From: Podarcis pityusensis
Taxonomy: Eukaryota
Assembly: GCA_964106645.2 (NCBI GenBank)
Contig: OZ067038.1
Reading direction: 5' to 3' (one strand)
DNA length: 64,000 nucleotides
Of the stretch, positions 1-10,179 are shown piece by piece; positions within the stretch are counted from its first letter, which is position 1; each line of letters starts with the position of its first letter. The translations under genes were made by a program, and so were the position numbers. The notes under the pieces are model-generated. The model was given only the letters and a program-made list of their open reading frames with translations, did not search any database and was not told the origin of the DNA.

Positions 1-133
1 GCATCCCCAAACTCGACCCTCCAGCTGTTTTGGGACTACAATTCCCATCACCCCTCACCCCTGCTCCTGTTAGCTAGGGAAGATGGGAGTTGTAGTCCAG
101 TGGTAGCTGGAGGGCCAAGTTTGGGGACGACTG
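1..133. mobile_element. hAT-type palindromic MITE (left end cut by window edge)
   Basis: Inverted termini gcatccccaaact / agtttggggacgactg and internal palindrome ggactacaattcccatc...gatgggagttgtagtcc. Same family as 18237-18372 and 25180-25296. Confidence 0.85.
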
Positions 134-3100
134 TCTTAAAGCATAAGATCAGATGGCCATTGGGCAATTTGAAGATAAGGGCTGCCACATTCTGCTTGAC
201 TTGGTTTTCTTTGGAAGCTGACTTAGGCTTGGTTGAGTTGTGTTTGAGCTGAACAGTTTCTGAAGTCCGATGGTTGCTTACTCTACACAAAAATAAAATA
301 GTTTCTTGCTATTTGGTGACCATGGTAGTCTAAAAAGGCTCATATCCTAAGGCTTTCATTTTAAAATCATTTGACTTCTAGCTCTCACAGTTGGGGGGGG
401 GGGACGCCCCAGGTGCCTGAGGTAGGCTCCAAAAGCTCAAATACTTAACCACAAGCAAAAAGAGTTCAAAGTTTTATATTAAAAACAAAAAAGATATATC
501 TCAGGATTAAGCCGACTGTGTCTTTGTAGGAGCTGATTCACATTTCCCCCCAAACAGCTGAGGATAGAACACGTTTTCTCATATATTGCTAGATCTCCTA
601 ACAAATCCTCAAAGAGAGTCTTCCACATTCTGTATTAGGAAGCCAAAAAACTCATTTTGCAGCAGACACAAAACAAATGCTCAAGGGAATTGAAAATATT
701 TCCCAGGGCTGGCCATATCCATATCCAGCACAGCCACACACACGACAATCTAACTGGAATTCTGTCTGCTAGAGAGAGAGAGCAGGCAGCATTAAGCAGT
801 TGTGCTAGGTGCTGGGAGGGGGAGAGGGACATGGGCTTTTAAAACATACACAATAATGGCTCACTCTTCCTTAATTTTGACTACATAGTGGCAGCTCAGC
901 TGCCAATCAGGTCTGCCTTGACTCTCAGTGCTGTGCATATTTTGCTGTAATCTGACTTTGCTATTGAGTCCTAACCCAGAAACCCAGGCTGTTGTGCGTC
1001 AACTGAAACAACTCTCTATTAAAAAGCGATGCAGGTAAGAGGGGTGAAAAGATGCTATGGGAGGTTATAATTACATACAGACACACTCTTCTTTTTTTCT
1101 TTTTGCACAACTCCATGATGGCCTTTTCTCATGCTGAGCGAAAATGAGATTTGAGCAAGTTTTTGCTGTGAATTTCCATTTCCCATTAAAGATATTGCGA
1201 CTCTCTGTACTTCGCCAGTGAAATTGCTTAAAACGGCATGAAATTGAAGCTCCCACAAAATGAGTGCAACCTGACAGGTCTGATAATGCAAGTATTGATA
1301 CCAAAACTCGACAAGATTAAATTCTGCTGTTTAGAATGAAACAGTTCATAATTAGGGCTGCGAAGTTCTTTATGAGAAATTTAATGGTCTCCCACGGAAG
1401 GCATTTAAAACATCACCAAATGCGATCAAGTATTTCGGAGCACGGAATCAAGATTTTATCTTATAGCAGAGAGCTTTCATTTAACAAGTACATCACCTGG
1501 TAAAGGACTATAAACCTATTAACCTGGGATAATTCCCCTTCTTATTTGCAGCCACTTTGTTACAGGTTGATGTGATTTTGGACAAAGGGAAATATTCAAA
1601 CAGTACAATGGTCACTCTTAAGCAGGAATACGCATAAGCAGGAACCGGCAGCTTGAGTTGATTGGGTCAGTGGAAGTTTTTCTGGCATGTGGCAGATCTG
1701 GAGGGCTTCCCTAGAAACATTACAGGCAGAAGTGTAGCTGGGGGGTGGGGGGCACTGGGTACCACACCAAGGGGGTGGGGGTGGGGAACACTCCCACCCC
1801 CCAGGCACCCAAGCGGTTAGTACAGGACTTCTTCAGCTGGTTTTGCAACATCAGCCTTGCAAGCTATAGCAAGACTCATTCCTAGCAAGCATCAGCACCA
1901 AACCCAGCTGAAGAAAAAAATACTTATTTTGAGTGTGTGTGTGATATTATTATACCAATTAGAGTAGCATATAATTGCCCAGCAATATCCAAACACTGAG
2001 TGTGTCTTATAGCTCAATAATAGAACTCACTTAAACTAATACCTGCTGGTGTAATTAACACATTAAAAAGAAGAAGAAGAAAGAATCAACACACCAAGAT
2101 TATGCACTTAAAAGAACTGCACTGCGTTCCATTCATTTAAATTTCAAAGTGGATGTCAATGTTGTTTCATATCTACAAAGACAATTATTTCATGCGCTGT
2201 CAGGTTACTTGCAAATCATCACAAATACACAAGGAACTACTAGGATATAGCTCTCAAAGTGCATTGATATTCTACAATCTTTGTTTTGTATTAAGTGGAA
2301 GGATTGCATTCCCTAGCTTGCCTTTTAACTTATTTAAACTTTTTTTTTAACCTTTCCAGATGAAATAGATGAATATGCAATACTGACACTTCATGCTATC
2401 CTGCAAAGGTTATTTGGCTTTTTGAGGTTTGAACTCTAGAAATGTAGGGTGCCTTCAGGCTAGCTTGTTCTCATATGTGTCACCCATTAGGAGAACTATG
2501 GGGCTTGGGGTTTATCTGTTTTAGGGATTGCTTTTTTCTAATGTGGTATCGAAATTTTTAAAATTTCCCAGTTTACCCATATAATTCATTCACCAAAGCT
2601 GAACAAAGGTGCATAGGGACCCTTCATAATTTGTCAGAATTCATAGAACTTTCTTCTCTTGGAGGTTAATGAAAGCCCAAGTCTGGACTTTTTCCAGATA
2701 CGGGGTTAAGACACTTTCATCTGTTGGCCTGGCAAACTTTGTCTCTGTATGTCAGTGCATATTGCTGTGAGCTTTTATATTTAAATTTGCATATGTTTGT
2801 AGAATAAAGAACAGGCCCTAAGTATGAGGAATACAAATAAGTTGAAATGAAAATAAAGTAAGATAAACAAATAACAGGGCTAGCAACATGTTAAGAAATA
2901 AATTAACCACCATTAAGAGCCCAGAGTCCTGGTATTTTTGCTCATTGCCAATACTACTGGAAGATAAATTTAAGATTGCAGTCAAGGTTTTAGTTGATTC
3001 ATCATTCAAGTTAGTCAATTAGAGCTTGCAGTTATAAATGAATGAACAAAGGTAAAAATTAGAAGGGTTTCTGTTCAAATTCCATTGCTGACCATGATCC

Positions 3101-4092
3101 TCCCAGAACTTTTCCTGAAACGGTTAATGTCCAGAATAGGGACATAAGAACTGCCATGCTGAATTGACTTGGGCTGGATCCAGACACATCAAAGAAGCGA
3201 TTCATTTAAATGTATTGTAAACTTCATACAGGGAAATCCCATTGGCGAAAGATGGGACTCCACAGCACCATTTGGTGTCACTGTGTTGTAACACATATAA
3301 AGCGCTTTATTTTTATGAATGGAGATGAGTCCACAGACTAGCTTTCTGTTTCCAGTAGTGGCCACAGAGTTGCTTCAAGTATGATAATAAACAGGGCAGG
3401 ATATCTATAGGCAGAAAGTTGAATACCTCCCAAGATCCCATCTGTTTTGCAACTGTCCTGTGTTGAAGATGGTCATCTGTTTCATGAGCACAGGATTAGA
3501 GGTGGGCTCCTTAAATGGTGAAAATGGTGAATCTGAGCCTCATTATTCACCCACCTGGTTCAGTATTGTCCACACAGACTGACAATGTTACAGACAGGGC
3601 TTACTCCCAGAAATGCCAGGAACTGAAACCGGGCCTTTTGTATACAACAAACATGCTCCGTCACTCAGCTTCAACAAACATGCTCCACCATTCAGCTGCA
3701 ACCTAAAGGTGCTTAGGGAATGCTTGAGGAGAGAACATAATAGGGCTGCAAGTAACCATGGTGGGGGGATTGAGGGGATCCAACAGTGCAAAACCTCCTC
3801 CCTTTTGCCTAGGAGATGCACAAGTCACTAATGCAGAAAAATAGGGAATAGGCTGAATGAGAAAGAATCTGACAGATGAAAAGAAATGAGAAGGGTGTGT
3901 GGAAGAACAAAAAGGACCAAAAAAAGGGCCATGAGAGAATAATGACATTTCCATTCAGAAGGAACAGAAATGTCACTTTAATTTGTCACTGGCTTCTCCT
4001 GGCACTTAGGAGTGTTACCTATAGCTTCCCTTGCATTGCAAAGATACTCAAGTCACATACTGAAAACCACTTAATCAAGCAGTTACCCCTTA

Positions 4093-4244
4093 AAGCCTTT
4101 TGATCGCCCCGGGATACTCCATCAGCATGAATTCCCTTTTCCTCCCCGCCTTGTCCTTTTGATATATGTTTAAGGGTGACACTAGGATTTTCACATGGCA
4201 ACATGGCCTGCTGAAGGCATCCCCCGAGCACTGCTTGGAGCGCA
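4093..4244 (+). repeat. Local direct repeat, copy 1 (donor; copy 2 at 4656-4808)
   Basis: aagccttttgatcgcccc...cactgcttggagcgca recurs about 560 bp downstream with roughly 90% identity by eye. Confidence 0.95.
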
Positions 4245-4621
4245 GGGGGAAGGCAGCGGGGGGCTTTTGTTCCAAACCAGGACGGCTTCAAAGAAGTGTG
4301 GCAATTTCAGGACCACATGAAAAGAACTGGTAATGGTATCCCACCTCCTATCACCCCAGTTTGAACACTACCCCCAAGTGCGATGCAATCACATATTATT
4401 ATGCCCAGAGAAACAGCAGGCTATTTTATCGTTTGTACACCTTTTCACCAGGCTCTTTTACTACATAAATATGGAGATGAAAGGCAAGTGTGTGGTGATT
4501 CCCCGCCCCCCCACCTTGGAAATGATAATTCAAATCCTATGTGTATCATCTTACACCTGGTGAGCAGATATTTTCTTTTTTTAAAAAAACACTCAAGAGT
4601 TTTAGAGGATAGCTAGGTGTT

Positions 4622-4866
4622 AAGAGTACAGTTATACACATGTCTACTCAGAAGCAAGCCTTTTTGATCGCCCCAGGATACTCAATCGGCATGAATTCCC
4701 TTTTTCTCCCTGCCTTGTCCTTTTGATATATGTTTAAGGGTGACACTACAATTTTCACATGGCAACATGGCCTGCTGAAGGCATCCCCCAAGCACTGCTT
4801 GGAGCGCACTGCTTGGAGTTCACTGGGAGTTACTCCAAGGTAAATGTGTGTAGGATTGTGGCTTAA
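4622..4866. repeat. Old short palindromic interspersed repeat interrupted by copy 2 (4656-4808) of the local duplication
   Basis: Left arm tacacatgtctactcagaagcaagcc and right arm gagttcactgggagttactccaaggtaaatgtgtgtaggattg match the uninterrupted family members at about 8690-8773 and 43355-43432. Confidence 0.75.
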
Positions 4867-4937
4867 ATGTCTCAGGTGCCAGGACAAACACAGAAGTCAG
4901 AATTTCTCTCTAGAATCAGGGTACCTTAATGAAACTG

Positions 4938-5185
4938 GTATTATTAATTGTTACTATTACATAAAATTTGTACACCGCTTGATTGTAAAACTAACTAACT
5001 CACTCAAAGTGGTGTACAAAAATGTAAAACAAGAAAATCAAGAAAAAACTACAACTCTACTTTAAAACCTGAAAAAGTTAACACATTAAAACAGATTAAA
5101 ATGATCTCAACTGTCGAAGCATCTGAGTAGGCTTGTCTAAACAATAATGCTTTTAGCAGGCACCAAAAAGAGTACAGTGAAGGTA
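4938..5185 (-). mobile_element. L2-like LINE 3' end, degraded
   Basis: (tat)-rich tail plus tgtacaccgcttg...caaagtggtgtaca stem, typical of squamate L2 3' ends. Confidence 0.55.
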
Positions 5186-5552
5186 TGGAAACTTTAAGAC
5201 TTCCCCGTGTATAATGTTAGGGTGAAAACAGCTGTAATTGCTTTAGATGAGGAGGGCTTGTTTGGAAGCAATCTCTTGGGGGTCAGTCAGTGCAAATATA
5301 GTTTTCCTTGGACAGCTTTGAAAAACCCAACAACCCTGGTTTTGCAAATTTGCAGTGCAGCTCTGTTTGAACTGGGGGAAAGCCTGCTCTCCAAGGTGCT
5401 GATGGGCTAGTTCCCATGCCATCACCAATGCACTTTTTCCTCCTCATTCTAAAATACCTGGGGCACTTTTATCACTGTTTCAAAATGCATTTGTTTATGA
5501 AAGATAAACACAGAAACAAACAGATATTGCTTAACTATTTTAAAGTTAGATA

Positions 5553-5794
5553 CAGTGGTACCTCGGGTTATAAACATCTCGGGTTACAAACACTTTAGGT
5601 TACAGACTCCGATAACCCGGAGGTAGTACCTCAGGTTAAGAACTTTACCTCAGGATGAGAACAGAAATCATGCACCGGTGGTGCGGCGGCAGCAGGAGGC
5701 CCCATTAGCTAAAGTTGTACCTCAGGCTAAGAACGGTTTCAGGTTAAGAATGGACCTCCAGAACGAATTAAGTTCATAACCCGAGGTACGACTG
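5553..5794. mobile_element. Tc1/mariner (Tigger/pogo-like) MITE
   Basis: TIRs cagtggtacctcgggtta / taacccgaggtacgactg flanked by TA on both sides. Second copy at 50140-50365. Confidence 0.9.
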
Positions 5795-7115
5795 TATTTC
5801 ACTTGTTGGCAAGTCTGTCTGTCACACAGAAGTGAATTTGGGCTCACATCACAGGTGAATGTTATCCTGATGCACTGTCCTTGGAAACTTTCTGACCAAA
5901 GTGTACAATATAAATATTTTAGCAAACAAACAAATCAATAGAGGAATTCACTATGCTCTTTGAATATCATGCCTCTCTTCACCAGGATTTATAGCTATGT
6001 TGCTAAATAACCTAATGAAAGTTGTATTTCCAGAGTTAGTTAAGAATATATTAACACCATCAACTGGGAAAATCTTTAAAGACATGAGCGAAATGGGCAC
6101 ATCTAACAAAGCATACGTATAGGAGATTTGCTTCTGTTTTTTAAAGTATATTGCATTCCATGTGGAATGCAAAAGGTTATGAACAAATTGGAGTTTGTGA
6201 TTAAAGGTTTATTCAATAAAAAGAAACTACATACACTCAGGCAGTCAAAATTTGCTTTTTAAGAATAACCTAAATATTTGTGATGTTAAAGATCTTCCCG
6301 GTTTTGTTGCTCGCTTTGTAACCTTTTAATGGAAGATTTATCCCCTTAATACTAAATAATAGATGTCATTGTCCAATCAAATATTAAAGATTCCCAATGA
6401 TGGAGCTTCTACTTCTGCCTCAAGGTTATTTTGCATCCTGGGAGACTTCATTGTCAATAGTAGTTCCCAAGCACTCACTTAAATTTCCTTTGATTTTATT
6501 CCATCGCTCTTGCACTGGGAGTCAGCTAAGCAGCTAAACTGCAGATCTCAAGCCAATCACTTCTGGGCTAGTTCTACAGACATCTATGGGATTAATCTGG
6601 AGCCAGCGGTTTCAAGCTTGCAATTTAACTCACTAAGACATGTAGATGCTTTCATATATTTATTCAGATTTCCAAACTGCTCCATTCCAAAGGCTCAGGA
6701 GTTAGGAACATGTGGGTATATTCAAACTGATGCTGTTAAAAAACAAACAGCATTAAACCCCCACTCATACTAGCTTGGAGGCTACTTCAAGGTGAGTGAG
6801 TCCCCTTCACCTGAGAGAGGGAGGAAAACACGCATATGCCCTCCTGACCCAGCCTTACCCACTCACAGGAGTCCTAACTGGGGCACAGTAACCCCTTTGG
6901 ACCCCTAAACAGGAGGGGGGCCCTAGGTGAGCTGAGGGGTTGACTCCACTATTGTGCCCCCTACCCCTCTGGGGCATAAGTGGTGCTTTGTAAGCTTCTC
7001 ACATTCAATACCCTCTGTAGGAGCTCGTATGAGGTTGCCCCCAATTACTTCTTTTTTTATATGTGAGGATGTGTCCTCTTTTTTGGCTCTTCAAAATATG
7101 GCAACCCTATGTAAC

Positions 7116-7722
7116 TGTGCTGGGCCCAGGGGTAACCCAAAAACTGTGGCCCAGGTCTGGTCCAGAATCTGAAGGTTCCACTAGGAGTCAGTCCGACAGG
7201 ATCAAGGCAGGAAACCAGGCAAGGACAGGTACAGGATCTGGCAAACAGCAATGTTGCTCCTGCAACCTGGGGCGGGGTCCGACAGCCTATTATCTTTGTT
7301 GGGGTAGCAACCGGTCCTGATCCCCTGGCGACTCACCTCCCTGTTTTGCCCAAAGGCGAGCACTCCTCCTGCGAGTACTCAGGTCTCTCTTTCTCTCAGA
7401 CCTTAGTCTCTGCAGCTTGGGAGACGTCAGTGGGCTACTAGACCCAGGGGCTGCCTCAGCCTCCCCTGACCAAACTGGTAATGGAGCAGCTGTAAGTGAT
7501 GGCCCAGCTGAAGGCGACGAGGTAATCCCTGCATCTGGAGCCAGGGCAGGCTCAGGCCCCTGACTCGGCCCAGCTGGTGTTTGTTGCAGAGGAACCTGTG
7601 CAGACTGGGACTCTTCAGGATCAGGCCCCAGAATTGGTTCAGATGATGCCTGAGGCAAAGGATCTGGTGCAGACTGAGACTCCTCTGGTTCTGAGTCCGA
7701 GCCCAAGTCCTAGGCCATCACA
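7116..7722 (-). mobile_element. Solo LTR (Gypsy/ERV-like), 607 bp
   Basis: TG...CA termini with imperfect inverted ends (tgtgctgggc / ggccatcaca), perfect 5-bp TSD gtaac at 7111-7115 and 7723-7727, and GC content higher than the flanks. Confidence 0.85.
7290..7718 (-). pseudogene. LTR-embedded Pro/Ser/Glu-rich ORF with basic RRRSARL motif (ATG at LTR nt 5, stop at codon 3)
   Basis: ATG GCC TAG GAC TTG... is in frame with the 138-aa track ORF 7290-7706. Internal repeat PEESQSA occurs twice. Confidence 0.45.
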
Positions 7723-7912
7723 GTAACAAAGCAAAATTCTCTGGGCCCCAAAAGCAAAGCAAGCAAAAGGAAAATGAAAGACATCACAGCGATGGGGAGG
7801 GGCGCTGACAAACAAATCCTTTGCAACTCACTCCTAAAAAATGCAGAGAAAGAGATACCAACAAAGCTGGGGATAGTCATTTTGCCATAAATTATCTGTT
7901 GATAGACAAACA

Positions 7913-8040
7913 GTGTTCTCGAAACTACAAACATGAGTCTGACCAAACTGAGGGAGGTAGTGGAAGACAGGAGTGCCTGGCGTGCTCTGGTCCATGGGGT
8001 CACGAAGAGTCGGACACGACTAAACGACTAAACAACAACA
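7913..8040 (+). mobile_element. RTE-BovB 3' fragment (5'-truncated)
   Basis: Encodes ...DRSAWRALVHGVTKSRTRLND, has a (caa)n tail and a 9-bp TSD agacaaaca (7904-7912 / 8041-8049). Confidence 0.92.
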
Positions 8041-8445
8041 AGACAAACATAGGGTTTGCATTTAATTCAGCAGCAGTTTGATGATACACATACAACACAC
8101 AATTTTGACACACGGAAACCTGCAGCGTAACTAGATCCTTACATGGAAATGCGAACTGGATGAGAGGCAAGCTCAGATTTGCTTTTACAACACAGTTTTC
8201 AAAGATGCATTATAATCCAGCACCTTTTTGTGTCACAACATGCAACAGTCGCACCTGCCTTTTTCAGAAATCTTATTTGCACATAAAAAAATTGTTTATG
8301 CACTTACTTCCTTTGCTATCATCTTCAATAATAGGCTTTACTTCTTTGGGCAACACGAGAATAAGCAAGCCTCCTGTTCTGTAGATAAGAGCTTGAAGTC
8401 TAAACAGAGGGTGCTCAAACACAGCTGCAAAAGGTCATGACCCAC

Positions 8446-8603
8446 CAGTGGTGTAGCGTGGGGGGTGCAGGGGGGGCGGCCACACCGGGAGCAACATCTG
8501 GGGTGTGTGTGTGCCTGCACTCGCAGCTCTCTGCCCCTACCGGGTTAGGGGGCGCAAATTACTTGCCTTGCCCCAGGTGCTGACAACCCACGCTACGCCA
8601 CTG
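8446..8603. mobile_element. hAT non-autonomous element
   Basis: TIRs cagtggtgtagcgtggg / cccacgctacgccactg and perfect 8-bp TSD tgacccac. Confidence 0.9.
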
Positions 8604-8689
8604 TGACCCACAGCTGAATATTTGCTCAAGAGTACACAGTCCCTTCCAGTGAGGTATGCATGTTTCATACCAATACAATGACATTTGGG

Positions 8690-8773
8690 GTGCAGTCCTA
8701 TAACCATGTACTAGGGAGTAAGCCCCACTGAACTCAATAGAACTTCCTTCTGAGTAGTTACGTATAGGATTGT
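8690..8773. repeat. Old short palindromic interspersed repeat (atcctata...tataggat family)
   Basis: Self-complementary arms. Degraded relatives at about 16625, 28180, 43355 and 62190-62360. Confidence 0.65.
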
Positions 8774-9009
8774 AATGTCAGAAGCATGATTAGCACTGAG
8801 GCACACATCCTGTGAAACAAGTTCTAAGGTCTCATTTGCTGCACACTGAATAATTAGTGTGTATATCCCGACTGAGGCCTCCTTCAGTGAGTGCAGATAC
8901 AACAGCCATTGGTGGTTTCAAATACTTGCATTAAAAATACTTGGCCTTTTTGGAGTCCAATTTGAAAGATGTACAGACAAATTTTTACATCTTTTTTTGT
9001 TTTGTTTTA

Positions 9010-9207
9010 CATAAGACTGTAAGAAGAGTCCTGATGGATTAGACTCAACTCCTTTTCCTCACAGTGACCAAGAAGATTCCTATAGGAAGGCCACAAGGAA
9101 GACATGAACTCAGTAGCACAAAAGAGTGTACAAAGAGCCTGTTGGATCAGGCCACTCATCTAGACCAGCATCCTGTTCTCACCCTGTTCTCTCAGTGACC
9201 CAACCAT
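9010..9207 (+). mobile_element. Two tandem old CR1-type 3' UTR remnants (target of the young CR1)
   Basis: aagagcctgttggatcaggcc...tagaccagcatcctgttctc...cagtgacc matches the reverse complement of 61480-61592. Confidence 0.65.
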
Positions 9208-9208
9208 A

Positions 9209-10174
9209 TTGGTTGCAGGCAGCTTTACCTGCAGCAATTGCATGTTGATTGCCCTCTTAAAAGACAAAGTCCAGCAACTGGAGGAACGTGTAGCTACGCT
9301 CCAAAGAATTAGAGAGCTGGAGCTCTTCTTGGAAGCAACAGAGCACACCGTCTCCACCAAGGAGGAGACAGGGGACTCCCCTGAGAAGGACGCTAGTTCA
9401 CCAACACAGGAGCCAGATATATGGAGAAACGTGACTCAAAGAAGTAGGAGGCCCAGGGTTCGCTCTGATTGTTTAGAAATACACAATCGCTTTGAGGTCC
9501 TCTCCCCTAGCATGGAAGACGAAGAGCAGACTCCATTTGAGGATCTCTCCCTCATTACAGTCGATCAAGTATATGAAGACGAGCAGCAAAGTCAGTCCTC
9601 AGGGAATGTGCAGGCGACCTTGGAGTGGACAGCTCACAGAAGAACCCCGACCAAACCTAAGAGGAGGCGTGTAGTGGTGATAGGGGATTCCCTACTGAGG
9701 GGAACAGAAGCAGTGATCTGTGGGCCTGACAAGATGTCTCGGGAAGTGTGCTGTCTCTCCGGGGCTAAGATCCAAGATGTAACTGAACGACTGCAAGGAA
9801 TCATAAAACCTACTGACAAATACCCCTTCCTCTTGGTTCATGTGGGAACCAATGACACTGCAAGCAATAGCCTCCAGAAGATCAAAAGAGACTATGAGGC
9901 TCTGGGCAGGAAATTGAAGCAATTAAATGCACAAATTGTGATCTCATCTGTCCTCCCAGTTGAACGACGTGGCCCAGGGAGAGAGGGGAAAATAGTGGAA
10001 GTGAACAGCTGGCTTCGCAAATGGTGTAAACAGGAACGGTTTGGATTCTTAGATCACGGACTGCAGTTTCTTGAAGATGGACTTCTGGCAAGCAATGGGC
10101 TGCACCTCACAACGGTTGGGAGAAATGTTTTTGCCAAAAATCTCAGAAACCTCATCAGGAGGGCTTTAAACTGA
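9209..10174 (+). CDS. CR1 ORF1p: partial Zn finger/leucine zipper plus SGNH esterase domain
   Basis: CxxC followed by coiled coil LKDKVQQLEERVATL. SGNH blocks VIGDSLLRG, GAKI, HVGTND and NGLH (Asp replaced by Asn). No ATG start because of truncation. Confidence 0.9.
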   Translation: MVAGSFTCSNCMLIALLKDKVQQLEERVATLQRIRELELFLEATEHTVSTKEETGDSPEKDASSPTQEPDIWRNVTQRSRRPRVRSDCLEIHNRFEVLSPSMEDEEQTPFEDLSLITVDQVYEDEQQSQSSGNVQATLEWTAHRRTPTKPKRRRVVVIGDSLLRGTEAVICGPDKMSREVCCLSGAKIQDVTERLQGIIKPTDKYPFLLVHVGTNDTASNSLQKIKRDYEALGRKLKQLNAQIVISSVLPVERRGPGREGKIVEVNSWLRKWCKQERFGFLDHGLQFLEDGLLASNGLHLTTVGRNVFAKNLRNLIRRALN

Positions 10175-10179
10175 CAAAC

